Positions 1 to 9,053 of a stretch of 64,000 bases of DNA are shown here, piece by piece. The first letter of the stretch is position 1, and every line of letters begins with the position of its first letter. Origin of the DNA: Acidimicrobiales bacterium (lineage in GTDB: Bacteria; Actinomycetota; Acidimicrobiia; Acidimicrobiales; JACDCH01); NCBI GenBank assembly GCA_036257895.1, contig DATAES010000151.1, forward strand, positions 6,373-70,372, in the 5' to 3' direction. A program made the position numbers and the translations under genes. The notes below the pieces were generated by a model. That model did not search any database, was not told the DNA's origin, and saw nothing but the letters and a program-made list of their open reading frames with translations.

Positions 1-569
1 GGACGCCGGCCGAAGTTGCGCTCGCACAACAGGGAGTACAGCTGGACGCCGTCGAGCCGGCCTCGTTCGTAGCGCTCGGAGGGCGCCCTGCCGGTCTTGT
101 AGTCGGTGACGACCAGCTCGCCGTCGTGGTCGAGCTCGAGCCGGTCGATGATGCCGCGGACCCGTGCGCCGCCGATCGTCGCGTCGAGCATCAACTCGAT
201 GCCGATGGGCTGCACGAGGGTCGGGTCCTCGAGCCGGAAGTAGTTGCGCACGAGCCGACGGGCATCGTCGAGGAACGCTGCTTCCTCGTCGGGACCGAGG
301 TGCAACTCCACGTACTCGGGGTCGAGGCGCACGACCGAAAAGGCGTCGTCGAGTGCGCCGAAGGCGGCTTCGACGGTGCGATCGCCGGGGTCGAGCACCA
401 GCAGTCGCTCGAGTGCAGCGTGCACAAGCGTGCCCTTCGTGGCCCAGGGTGAGGGAGGCTCCGGCAGCCGATCGATGACCGAGAACCGGAACGCGAGCGC
501 GCAGTCGGTGAAGGCGGCGACCTTCGACGGCGACAGCGTTCGGGGCGATTCCAACGGCACGGGAACCAT
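1..569 (-). CDS. PD-(D/E)XK (RecB-family) nuclease, N-terminal part; 3' end lies beyond the window
   Basis: Hand translation of the minus strand from ATG 569: MVPVPLESPRTLSPSKVAAFTDCALAFRFSVIDRLPEPPSPWATKGTLVHAALERL...VRGIIDRLELDHDGELVVTDYKTG (nuclease core D..D/ExK). Absent from the ORF track, presumably because no stop lies inside the window. Confidence 0.7.
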   Translation of the reverse strand, partial: MVPVPLESPRTLSPSKVAAFTDCALAFRFSVIDRLPEPPSPWATKGTLVHAALERLLVLDPGDRTVEAAFGALDDAFSVVRLDPEYVELHLGPDEEAAFLDDARRLVRNYFRLEDPTLVQPIGIELMLDATIGGARVRGIIDRLELDHDGELVVTDYKTGRAPSERYERGRLDGVQLYSLLCERNFGRR

Positions 570-623
570 CTTGCACGCGGGGTGTGACAGTGAAGGGGGA
601 TCCCACCCCGCCGGCCCGGTACG

Positions 624-1010
624 GTGCCCAGCATCGACCCCGAAGCGGATGTGCTCGCCGCCAATCGTGCCTTCTACGAAGCGTTCGAGTCGCGGGACAT
701 CGATGCCATGTCGGAATCGTGGGAGCACTCCGACCGGGTCGTGTGCACGCATCCCGGGTGGCAGATGCTGCGTGGATGGGCCGCCGTGTCCGGCTCGTGG
801 TTCGCCCTGTTCAGCAACTCGACGCCGCTGCAGTTCATTCTCACCAACGAGTCGGTGGCGCTCGAAGGGGACGTGGCCTGGGTGACAGTCGACGAGAACT
901 TGATCGGCGAGACGATCAGCGGCACCGTCGCCGCATTGAACGTGTTCGTCTTCGACGGCGAACGCTGGCGGATGGTCGTCCACCACGGCGCCGCCGTCGC
1001 GGCGCGCTAG
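624..1010 (+). CDS. SnoaL-like / NTF2-fold small protein
   Basis: 128-aa ORF with a GTG start. ANRAFYEAFESRDIDAMSESW... is typical of the SnoaL/DUF4440 fold. High GC3. Confidence 0.75.
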   Translation: MPSIDPEADVLAANRAFYEAFESRDIDAMSESWEHSDRVVCTHPGWQMLRGWAAVSGSWFALFSNSTPLQFILTNESVALEGDVAWVTVDENLIGETISGTVAALNVFVFDGERWRMVVHHGAAVAAR

Positions 1011-1696
1011 CTCGAGACCGGGGGCGGGGTCGTTGCCGGAACAGTTGACTCCTCGGACCCCGGCGCCGCGCTCGACGCGTGCGCATTGATGTTGACGAGG
1101 TCCACGACGAACCAGAGCGTCGCATTCGGTTCGATGCCCGGACGTCCGGCTTCGCCGTAGGCCTGGTCGGGCGGGATGCCGAGCAGTCGCTGCTCGCCGA
1201 CCTTCATGCCGGGGATGCCTTCCTGCCAGCCCTTGATGACATCGTCGAGTTTGAACGACACCGGATGCCCCTGGTTCCAGGACGAGTCGAAGATCTTGCC
1301 GTCGCGGCAGTTCACCCCGACGTACTGCACGGTCACGGAGTCACCGGGCTGCACGGCGTCGTCGCCCGTTCCGCCGCGAAGTTCCTTGGTGACGAGCTGC
1401 GTGGGCGCGGGGCCGACCTGCACGGGAACGTAGGGCGCACCCGGCGGTGGCGTGTCGGTCATGGCGACGCACTGCTGGTCGGCGGTGGAAGAGCCGGCCG
1501 CAACCTTCGTCTTCCCGGAGACGGACCTGGTCACGAACGTGCCGAGGACGACGGCGGCGATGAGGACACCGGCGCCGGCCACGATCAGCCATCGTGTGCG
1601 TCGATCCTGCCGGCGGGACGCCTCCGCCGCTGCGGCGATCCGGGCTCGCCTGACTGCTTGCTGGCGCGCGCCCTTGTTCTTGGTCCTGGTCGGCAC
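1007..1696 (-). CDS. FKBP-type peptidyl-prolyl cis-trans isomerase, membrane anchored
   Basis: FKBP_C signature VTVQYVGV..DGKIFDSSW..PVSFKLDDVIKGWQEGIPGMKVGEQRLLGIPPDQAYG. N-terminal TM helix WLIVAGAGVLIAAVVLGTFV. The GTG start abuts the upstream stop. Confidence 0.9.
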   Translation of the reverse strand: MPTRTKNKGARQQAVRRARIAAAAEASRRQDRRTRWLIVAGAGVLIAAVVLGTFVTRSVSGKTKVAAGSSTADQQCVAMTDTPPPGAPYVPVQVGPAPTQLVTKELRGGTGDDAVQPGDSVTVQYVGVNCRDGKIFDSSWNQGHPVSFKLDDVIKGWQEGIPGMKVGEQRLLGIPPDQAYGEAGRPGIEPNATLWFVVDLVNINAHASSAAPGSEESTVPATTPPPVSS

Positions 1697-2962
1697 CTAT
1701 GCCTCCACCCGGCGGAGCGACTCCGCCTCCGCCCACGAGAACACGCCTTTGGCCATCAGCGAGGGCTCCGCGCTTCGCCGACGGGCGAACACCTCGGCCC
1801 GAGCCCGGTGGACCGCGGCCGAGTCCGGCGCGGCGAGCGCCGCGTACTCGGCGAGGTGGCCCGCCAGGCGCAGGTCGGCGTCGTCGTCGGACGCGGCGAG
1901 CTCGACGGCTCGCCGGGCGAGGACGTCGGCGCCGCCGGCGAGGCCGGCCAGCTCCGATGCGACGGCCTCGTCCCGCGCAGGCTTCAGATGGGCGGGGTTG
2001 CCGTCGTACCAGCCGCCGTACAAGCGCCACAGGTTGCGCACGATGAACTCCGGATCGTCGTAGATCGGACGAAGGTAGGGCTTCTCGAGCAGGTCCGGGG
2101 GCGCGGCCACCGTGTGGATGATGTCGTCGAGGCGGGCACCCTCGTTCATGAGCGCCAGCGTCTGGGTCGTGAGCGAGTCCAGGAGGGTCGCGGTGTCGAG
2201 GAGAACGGTGCGGACCCGATCCGAGCCTGCGATGGGCAGGCCGTGGCCCGGCAGCAACAACTCGGGCGCCGGATCGAGCGTGGCCATCTCCCGCAGCGCG
2301 GCGGCCCATTCTTCGGCGTACCGCTGCACCTTCTGGGGATTCCCGGCGTTGGGTGTGCACCAGATGATCAGGTCGCCGGTGCACAGCGTCCGGCGGTCGG
2401 GCACCCAGACCCAGGTGTGATCGTCCGTCTCGCCGCGGGCGTGGTGCAGTTCGGCGCCGACGCCGCCGAGGTCGAGGTCGAGCCGGTCGCTGTAGGTCAC
2501 GTCCGGTCGCCGGTACTCGAGCGGCCACTGCAACCCGGGCGCTCGGAACTGCCGCTGGTTGATCACGGCGTTGTAGCCCGCGGTCTTCACGTACCGGTCG
2601 AAGCGCGGATCGACGGCCTCATGACCGATGACCCGCATCGGCCCCTCGGCCTCGAAGGCTGCGGTCCCGAAGACGTGGTCGATGTGGCCGTGGGTGTAGA
2701 CGGCGGTGGTCGCCCGTTCGGTCGACCACGACCGGATCGCCTCGTGGACTGCACCCGCCACGAGGGCGCTGCCGGTGTCCACCAGGCAGAGGCCGTCGGG
2801 GGTGGAGAACGCGGTGACGTTGGCGAACGACTCGACGAAGGCCACACCGTCGCCGACCTCCTCGAGCGTGTTCGAGGGCCGGAAAGGGTGGTGATCGGTG
2901 ATCTCCTCGGTGCCATCGAGGATGCGAGCCGACAGTTCGAGCAGGGACTTGGACGCAGTCAC
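1697..2962 (-). CDS. MBL-fold metallo-hydrolase, alkyl/aryl-sulfatase-like (no SCP2 C-terminal domain)
   Basis: 421 aa. Metallo-beta-lactamase motif YTHGHIDHVFG and an SdsA1-type region (NAGNPQKVQRYAEEWAAALREM, LRPIYDDPEFIVRNLWRLYGGWYDGNPAHL). Confidence 0.8.
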   Translation of the reverse strand: MTASKSLLELSARILDGTEEITDHHPFRPSNTLEEVGDGVAFVESFANVTAFSTPDGLCLVDTGSALVAGAVHEAIRSWSTERATTAVYTHGHIDHVFGTAAFEAEGPMRVIGHEAVDPRFDRYVKTAGYNAVINQRQFRAPGLQWPLEYRRPDVTYSDRLDLDLGGVGAELHHARGETDDHTWVWVPDRRTLCTGDLIIWCTPNAGNPQKVQRYAEEWAAALREMATLDPAPELLLPGHGLPIAGSDRVRTVLLDTATLLDSLTTQTLALMNEGARLDDIIHTVAAPPDLLEKPYLRPIYDDPEFIVRNLWRLYGGWYDGNPAHLKPARDEAVASELAGLAGGADVLARRAVELAASDDDADLRLAGHLAEYAALAAPDSAAVHRARAEVFARRRSAEPSLMAKGVFSWAEAESLRRVEA

Positions 2963-2986
2963 CGAACGACCCTAGGTCCACGCACG

Positions 2987-3169
2987 CGACGGAGCGCCAG
3001 CGGAGGAGCGGCCCTACGGCCTGCGTGGCCGGGGAACGCCGACAGCACGACGGAGCGCCAGCGGGGGAGCGGCCCTACGGCCTGCGTGGCCAGGGAACGC
3101 AGACAACGCGACGAAGCGTCAGCGGAGGAGCGGGCCCAAGGGCCTGCGTGGCCGGGAACGCGGAGAACA
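2987..3169. repeat. Tandem repeat, 3 x 61 bp, in the divergent sulfatase/TetR intergenic region
   Basis: Units start at 2987, 3048 and 3109: cgacggagcgccagcggaggagcggccctacggcctgcgtggccggggaacgccgacagca. Copies 1 and 2 differ at a few positions; copy 3 is more diverged and has one deletion. Confidence 0.9.
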
Positions 3170-3187
3170 CAGCCTACGATTACTGCG

Positions 3188-3769
3188 ATGACGGCGATCG
3201 ACGGGCGGACGGCCCGTGCGGTGCGGACCCGCGAAGCCATCGTCGATGCGTCGATCGCATTGGTGGACGAGGGTGATGTTCGTCCGACTGCACTGAAAGT
3301 GGCCGAGCGTGCCGGGGTTTCGGTGCGTTCCGTGTTCCAGCACTTCGACGATCTCGAGGGTCTGTACGCCGCGATCGCCAATCGGCTCGTGGACCGGCTC
3401 GGCGGCGTGAAGGTCGTGGTCGACGCATCGCTGCCGCTGCCGGACCGGATCAACGAGATGGTGCGAAGTCGTTCGCGCCTCCTCGAGGTGCTGACTCCCA
3501 TCCGGCGAGCCGCAGCGGTGCATGCGCCGTTCTCCGCTGAGGTGCGGGCGCGGCTCCAAGCAGGCCACAACATGCTCCGCGCCGAGCTCGAGCGGGTGTT
3601 CGCCGACGAACTCGCCGAACGAGAGGAGCCCGCGCGGACGAGATTGCTCGACTCGCTCGACACGGTGCTGTCGTGGCCGAGCTGGGAGAACCTCCGCACG
3701 CTCAACGGCCGGACTCAGGAGGAAGCCCAGGCCGTGTTCGCGCACATGGTCGGCGCCCTGCTGCTGTAG
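3188..3769 (+). CDS. TetR/AcrR family transcriptional regulator
   Basis: Distal part of spurious ORF 1079..3769, with an in-frame ATG at 3188. HTH TALKVAERAGVSVRSVFQHFDDLEGL. Confidence 0.9.
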   Translation: MTAIDGRTARAVRTREAIVDASIALVDEGDVRPTALKVAERAGVSVRSVFQHFDDLEGLYAAIANRLVDRLGGVKVVVDASLPLPDRINEMVRSRSRLLEVLTPIRRAAAVHAPFSAEVRARLQAGHNMLRAELERVFADELAEREEPARTRLLDSLDTVLSWPSWENLRTLNGRTQEEAQAVFAHMVGALLL

Positions 3770-3816
3770 CTCGACACCAGCGCGCTCTGTGCCGCGGAGC
3801 ACCTAACCTCCCGCCC

Positions 3817-4707
3817 GTGGCCGAAGTCGATCTCGACCGTGCCGGCGACTTCGTCTGGCGTAACGCTCGGCTGATCGACAGGCTGCTGTTCGAGCAGCGC
3901 TTTGGCGGTGGCTCCGCCGAAGACGTCGTGCACGCGCTGCGCGCCTACCAGAACGACGACGGTGGCTTCGGCAACGCGCTGGAGCCCGACCTGCGCGGCC
4001 CGCTCAGCCAGCCGATCCACGTCGACATGGCGTTCCGCATCCTGAACGACATCGGCGTCGCACCGCCTGAGCTCGTCGCCCGCGCCTGCACGTACCTGTC
4101 GACGGTGTCGGGAGAGGGAGGCGGCGTGCCCGCCATCCTCCCGAACGTCGTTCGGTATCCGCGTGCCGAACACTGGCAGCCGCACGCGTGGATCGCGGAC
4201 GCGCTGAACCCGACGGCGATGCTGGCCGGGCTCCTCCACGCGATGCACGTCGGTCATTGGTGGCTCGATCATGCCGACACGTTCTGTTGGAAGCGACTCG
4301 GTGAGACCAAACCGAGCGACGGGCCCGAACTCGCCGCCGTCTACTGCTTCCTCAATCACGTTCCCGATCGCAAGCGCGCCGTAGACGTCGCCGAAGACAT
4401 CGCGGACGCGATCTTGACGGCGGGGTTCTTCGCGCTCGAACCCGAGGACCACACAGGCGAGTACGCGCTCACGCCGTTGCATCTCGCGCCGTCGCCCGAC
4501 GCGATGGCAGGTGGACTGTTCGCGCCCGAACTACTCGACGCCCACCTGGATCACCTTGCTGGACAGCAACAAGAAGACGGCGGATGGCCTGTGACCTGGG
4601 ACCCGCCGAGCGAGGGCTCGCTGCTCGAGTGGCGCGGCCGTCTCACGGTCGAAGCGCTCATGACACTGCAGAACTACGGAAAGGTGAAGGATGACTCCGG
4701 CGGCTGA
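3817..4707 (+). CDS. Prenyltransferase/terpene-cyclase-like alpha-alpha toroid repeat protein
   Basis: Two Q(N/E)DDGG(F/W) repeats (YQNDDGGFGNALE, QQEDGGWPVTW). Start set at in-frame GTG 3817, after the TetR stop; the ORF-track start 3673 overlaps TetR. Confidence 0.6.
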   Translation: MAEVDLDRAGDFVWRNARLIDRLLFEQRFGGGSAEDVVHALRAYQNDDGGFGNALEPDLRGPLSQPIHVDMAFRILNDIGVAPPELVARACTYLSTVSGEGGGVPAILPNVVRYPRAEHWQPHAWIADALNPTAMLAGLLHAMHVGHWWLDHADTFCWKRLGETKPSDGPELAAVYCFLNHVPDRKRAVDVAEDIADAILTAGFFALEPEDHTGEYALTPLHLAPSPDAMAGGLFAPELLDAHLDHLAGQQQEDGGWPVTWDPPSEGSLLEWRGRLTVEALMTLQNYGKVKDDSGG

Positions 4708-6136
4708 TGTCGGCGACGCGCTCGAAGTCCTGCTCGACTCGGCCTTGGAGCCGATCGTCGAAGTCGTCCTGGTGCGCGGCGGCGACACGCTCGAAGCGCA
4801 CTCGGCAGACGGCTCCGTCCGGTTCGAGCGCGACGGCAACGTGCTGGCTTCGGAGGGGCGCAACCCGTTGGCTGATCAGGCGACGGATCGCTTCGTCGGA
4901 CTCGCCGACGAGCGAGCGTCGCTCCAACCCGACCGCCGGTCGAACAGCTATCCGTTCGCGTACGAGCAGGCGGCCCAGTTGTTCGACCATCCCGCCGCCC
5001 CGGATCTGTGCGTGATCCACACGGCGGCGCACAACTGGGAGGACCAGGGCGGTCACCGGGGTGAGCACGGGTCGATCGACGTGGTTCAGGCGCGGGCGCC
5101 GTTCATCATCGCCGGTGCGGGTGTCCGGTCGTCGGGCATCGTGCCGCGGGCGGCGAAGCTCGTGGATGTCGTGCCGACGGTGCTGGCGCTGATGGGCGCC
5201 GCGCCGCCGCTGCAGACCGACGGGTCGGTGCTCCACGAGGTGCTGCAGTCGAACGGCACCGTGCCCGAACACGTCATCGGGTTCTTGTGGGACGGCTGCA
5301 ATCCGAATGTGCTGTACGACGCGGTGGCGAACGGTGATGCGCCGAACGTCGGCCGGCTGATGGCGATGGGCACGACGTTCGAACACGGTGCAATGGCATC
5401 GTTGCCCACGGTGACGCTCGCGAACCACACCGCCGTGTTGACGGGATTGCATCCCGGACACCATGGGATTCTGCACAACGCGTGGTGGGATCGCGCCGGC
5501 CAGCGCCAGGTCATCACGAACTCGCCGGCGACATGGCACGAGGCGTCGACCTGGCTGTTCCCCGGCGTCGAGACGATCCACGACGCAGTGCACCGCACGT
5601 GGCCTGACGGGTGCACCGTGTCCATCAACGAACCGACGGACGCGGGCGCGGATTTCTCGACCTTCGATTTCGTACGCCGGGGTCTTCCGCTCGAGCGACC
5701 GCCCGCGCCCGACGAGCTACCGAACGCGGATCAGCGGTTCGTGCGTCCCGTGAAGGAGTACCGGTGGTCGAGCCGTGTCGACCACACGACCGTGCAGCAA
5801 TTCGAAGGTGTGTGGTCAGGTCGATATCTCGGATCGGACTGGCCGCGGCCGAAGTTCACGTGGTGCAACTTCTCGTTGACGGATGCCGCGTTCCACGAAG
5901 GCGGACCACATTCGGAGATCGCGCTCGCGTCGATTCGTGACAGTGACGCGCGCCTCGGACAGATCCTCGATGCCGTCGAGCAGTCGGGTGTGTGGGAGCG
6001 CACCGCGTTCTTCCTCGTCGCCGACCACGGCATGGAAGAGACCGATCCGGCGGTCACAGGCGACTGGAGCCCGGCGTTGACCGAAGCCGGCATCGCCCAC
6101 CGCGACGAGGCCTTCGGCTTCATCTATCTCACGTGA
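4691..6136 (+). CDS. Alkaline-phosphatase superfamily (nucleotide pyrophosphatase/phosphodiesterase-like) protein
   Basis: NPP motifs: WDGCNP, nucleophile loop LPTVTLANHTAVLTGLHPGHHGI, TDAAFHEGGP and LVADHGME. A GEHGS...DVVPTVLALMG segment lies at the N-terminus. Overlaps the upstream gene by 17 nt. Confidence 0.8.
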   Translation: MTPAADVGDALEVLLDSALEPIVEVVLVRGGDTLEAHSADGSVRFERDGNVLASEGRNPLADQATDRFVGLADERASLQPDRRSNSYPFAYEQAAQLFDHPAAPDLCVIHTAAHNWEDQGGHRGEHGSIDVVQARAPFIIAGAGVRSSGIVPRAAKLVDVVPTVLALMGAAPPLQTDGSVLHEVLQSNGTVPEHVIGFLWDGCNPNVLYDAVANGDAPNVGRLMAMGTTFEHGAMASLPTVTLANHTAVLTGLHPGHHGILHNAWWDRAGQRQVITNSPATWHEASTWLFPGVETIHDAVHRTWPDGCTVSINEPTDAGADFSTFDFVRRGLPLERPPAPDELPNADQRFVRPVKEYRWSSRVDHTTVQQFEGVWSGRYLGSDWPRPKFTWCNFSLTDAAFHEGGPHSEIALASIRDSDARLGQILDAVEQSGVWERTAFFLVADHGMEETDPAVTGDWSPALTEAGIAHRDEAFGFIYLT

Positions 6137-6965
6137 CCGCCGGCGGATCGAGGATCAGTTCGTCAGGGAGGTCGAACGGCTCCGGTTGGCTGCCGTCGAT
6201 GTCGGTGACGCCATAGTCGCGGGCGAGCTCGCCCACCCGGTAGCCGCCGCCGGAACGTCGGCTGACAGCAGGATCGGTGGCCAAGGCGGCGATGCATCGG
6301 CCGGTGTACTCGGGGGACTCGAGTCCCGTGGCGCCCGCCATTTGTACCCGCTCGGTCGTCGTGAACCCCGGGAACACGGCGACGACGCTCACGCCGTGCG
6401 GTCGCAACTCGTGTGCGAGCGTCGCGGTCGCCCGCACGATGGCCGCCTTGGCGGTGTCGTACATGAGTGCGCCGAGGTAGCGACCGCGATCCCAAGCCGC
6501 GATGTTGACGATGAGTCCGCTGTCCTTGTCGAGGAGCAGTGGGATCGCCGCGTGTGACGTGGCCAGGGTCGGCTGCAGGCCGGCCACGAACATGCCGTTC
6601 CATTTCAACTGGAAGTCCTGCTCCCAGAACGGTGCCGAGAAACCTGCGTGGTCGTACGCCTCGTAGCCGCCCCAGGCGTTGTTGACGAGGACGTCGAGGT
6701 GGCCGTTGCAATCGTCTCCGACGCGTTGCATCAGCGCTGTGATGTCGTCGTAGTTCGTGTGGTCACAACGGACTGCGACGCCGCGGCCACCGCGCTCGGT
6801 CACGAGGCTCGCCGTCTCCTCGACGCTGCCCGGTGCGTTGTCCGCCGGCTTCGTGTCGCCCACTGTCCGTCCGGTGACGTACACCGTGGCGCCGATGTCA
6901 CCGAGCGACAGCGCGATGCCGCGACCGATGCCACGGCTGGCGCCGGTCACGATCGCGATCCTCAT
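6129..6965 (-). CDS. SDR family oxidoreductase
   Basis: Real part of ORF 6129..7847, starting MRIAIVTGASRGIGRG. Has NNAW and YDTAK. The ATG at 6965 overlaps the upstream ACAD stop (ATGA). Confidence 0.9.
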   Translation of the reverse strand: MRIAIVTGASRGIGRGIALSLGDIGATVYVTGRTVGDTKPADNAPGSVEETASLVTERGGRGVAVRCDHTNYDDITALMQRVGDDCNGHLDVLVNNAWGGYEAYDHAGFSAPFWEQDFQLKWNGMFVAGLQPTLATSHAAIPLLLDKDSGLIVNIAAWDRGRYLGALMYDTAKAAIVRATATLAHELRPHGVSVVAVFPGFTTTERVQMAGATGLESPEYTGRCIAALATDPAVSRRSGGGYRVGELARDYGVTDIDGSQPEPFDLPDELILDPPAVT

Positions 6966-8059
6966 TGCTTCGGGAGTCCGAGGATGCGCTCGCCGATGAT
7001 GTTCTTCTGCACTTGCGTCGTCCCTCCCGCGATGCGACCGCCGGGCGCGCCCAGGGCGCCGAGCGACGCGTCGTTGACCAACATGGCGTGGGCGCCGCCG
7101 ATCGACGCTCGCAGCATCGCTGCATCGAACAACAACTCGGTCACGCCGAGCTTCATCAACGAGCCGGCGACCGACGCGACCGGACCTTGCCGCTGCGCGA
7201 GCGCGAGATAGGAACGCCCGCGCGAGACAAGGAGCGCGAGTTGGTCGCGCCGAACGGAATCGAGGTCGTCGGCGCCCATCGACGCCATCGCGTCGAGCCG
7301 GCGTTGCAGCGAGATGGCCGAGGCGCCGATGTGGCCACGCTCGTTCGTCAACGTCGCCATTCCGACGTTCCAACCCTCGTTCTCGGCGCCGAGCAGGCAC
7401 GACGCAGGCACCCGCACCCCGTCGAGGAACACCTCGTCGAACTCCGATGCGCCGGTCATCTGCCGCAGGGGCCGCACGTCGACGCCGGGTGAATGCATGT
7501 CGACGAGGAAGAACGAGATGCCGCGATGCAGTTTGGCTGTGTGGTCGGTGCGGGCCATGCAGATGCCCCAGTCGCTGATGCGACCGTTCGAGCACCACAC
7601 CTTCTGCCCGGTCAGGAGGTACTCGTCGCCGTCCCGGTCGGCTCGAGTGGCCAGCGACGCGAGATCCGAACCCGCGCCGGGCTCGCTGAACAACTGACAC
7701 CAGACCCGTTCGCCGGTGATGATCGGTCGCAGGTGCTCGCGCTTCTGGTGCTCGGTGCCGAACAGCAGCAGGGAGCCACCGGCGAGAACGACACCGACCA
7801 TGTTGATGAAGGGCGGGACGCCAACGATCGCGCACTGCTCGATCCACGCGGCAGTGTGCTCAGCTGTGAGGCCTCGTCCGCCGCACTCCTCGGGCCAGTG
7901 GATCCCGGCGTATCCCGCGTCGAACAACCGCCGCTGCCACGCGGTCCCTTCGTCTCGCAGATCGGGCGGGAGGATGGCGCCGTAGTCCCGGGGCGCGTGC
8001 GGCTTGTTCGCGGCCAACCACGCTGCCGCCTCGTCCCGGAAGGCCTCCACGTCGATCAT
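6962..8059 (-). CDS. Acyl-CoA dehydrogenase
   Basis: 365 aa. WCQLFSEPGAGSDLASL, and C-terminal GGTTQVQKNIIGERILGLPK. Confidence 0.9.
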   Translation of the reverse strand: MIDVEAFRDEAAAWLAANKPHAPRDYGAILPPDLRDEGTAWQRRLFDAGYAGIHWPEECGGRGLTAEHTAAWIEQCAIVGVPPFINMVGVVLAGGSLLLFGTEHQKREHLRPIITGERVWCQLFSEPGAGSDLASLATRADRDGDEYLLTGQKVWCSNGRISDWGICMARTDHTAKLHRGISFFLVDMHSPGVDVRPLRQMTGASEFDEVFLDGVRVPASCLLGAENEGWNVGMATLTNERGHIGASAISLQRRLDAMASMGADDLDSVRRDQLALLVSRGRSYLALAQRQGPVASVAGSLMKLGVTELLFDAAMLRASIGGAHAMLVNDASLGALGAPGGRIAGGTTQVQKNIIGERILGLPKQ

Positions 8060-8084
8060 CTGCGCCCGTCCCCTTCCCCCCGTG

Positions 8085-8135
8085 CGAACTCCGGGTCGCC
8101 GTGGCCCCTATAGGGGCCACGGCGCACCAACATTC
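8085..8135 (-). repeat. REP-like palindromic element, family A copy 1
   Basis: The reverse complement matches the consensus GAATGTTGGTGCGCCGTGGCCCCTATAGGGGCCACGGCGACCCGRAGTTCG with one difference. The central 28 bp are a perfect palindrome. Confidence 0.9.
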
Positions 8136-8144
8136 GCTCGAGGT

Positions 8145-9038
8145 TTATGACAGGGCCTTCAGGGCGAGGCCCATCTCCTCGTTGAGGTTGGTCGGGACGG
8201 CGTAATCCTTCTCGTCGCGGATCTGGTCGAAGTGGTCTCGCACCGACTCCGCGGTCAGCTCGTGATCGACGAATCCGGGTGTGACACCGATGAACACCCG
8301 CGCGACACGTCCGCCGCCGACCGAGTACACCTCGCCGCTCACCGGGCAGTCCTCGTGCGCGAGGTACGTCACGACCGGTGTCACGTACTCGGGGCCGAGT
8401 TTGTCGGCAACCGGTCCGAGCAGCTCCTCGGTCATGCGAGTCTTGGCCACCGGCGCGATGGCATTGGCCTTGATGTTGCTCTTCGCGCCTTCGACGGCCA
8501 GCACACGGGTGAACCCGACGAGACCCATCTTCGCCGCGCCGTAGTTGGTCTGGCCGAAGTTGCCGAACACGCCTGCGCCCGAGGCCGTGTTGACGATGCG
8601 GCCGTAGCCCTGGTCGCGCATGATCGACCACGCCGGCTGCGTCACGTAGAACGCGCCCCGTAGGTGAACGTCGAGCACCGGGTTGAGCTGGTCGGGGACC
8701 ATGTTCTTGAACGACGCGTCGCGCAGGATGCCAGCGTTGTTGATGATGATGTCGATGCGACCGAACGAGTCCATTGCGGTCTTGACGATGTTCGCTCCGC
8801 CCTCGGGCGTGGCCACGGAGTCGTAGTTGGGGACGGCTTCGCCGCCCGCCGCCTTGATCTCGTCGACCACCTTCTGCGCGGCGCTCTCCGAGCCGCCGGT
8901 GCCGTCGACCGAGCCACCGAGGTCGTTCACCACGATCAATGCGCCGCGCTTCGCCAGTTCGAGGGCGTGCGATCGGCCGAGCCCGCCGCCGGCGCCGGTG
9001 ATGATCGCGACCTTGCCGTCAAATCCCAGATCTGCCAT
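8145..9038 (-). CDS. SDR, 3-hydroxyacyl-CoA dehydrogenase type (MFE-2 N-terminal-like)
   Basis: ITGAGGGLGRSHAL, NNAGILRD, YGAAKMGLVGF. Confidence 0.9.
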   Translation of the reverse strand: MADLGFDGKVAIITGAGGGLGRSHALELAKRGALIVVNDLGGSVDGTGGSESAAQKVVDEIKAAGGEAVPNYDSVATPEGGANIVKTAMDSFGRIDIIINNAGILRDASFKNMVPDQLNPVLDVHLRGAFYVTQPAWSIMRDQGYGRIVNTASGAGVFGNFGQTNYGAAKMGLVGFTRVLAVEGAKSNIKANAIAPVAKTRMTEELLGPVADKLGPEYVTPVVTYLAHEDCPVSGEVYSVGGGRVARVFIGVTPGFVDHELTAESVRDHFDQIRDEKDYAVPTNLNEEMGLALKALS

Positions 9039-9053
9039 GGGTAGGCAAGGTAG

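Noticed and set aside
1079-3769. An 896-aa ORF spanning four real genes; only its last 193 codons are the TetR regulator.
   Set aside because: The product is Arg/Gly/Pro/Asp-rich with no domain. It runs antisense to clearly homologous FKBP and sulfatase-like genes. Long spurious ORFs are expected in very GC-rich DNA, where stop codons are rare.
8056-8631. A recurring peptide, MLVRRGPYRGHGDPEF (and MAPIGATATRSS on the other strand), appears in five different ORF-track entries and looks like a small gene family.
   Set aside because: It is simply the translation of the family A repeat element. The surrounding ORFs are shadow ORFs, and the peptide has no consistent start or stop context.
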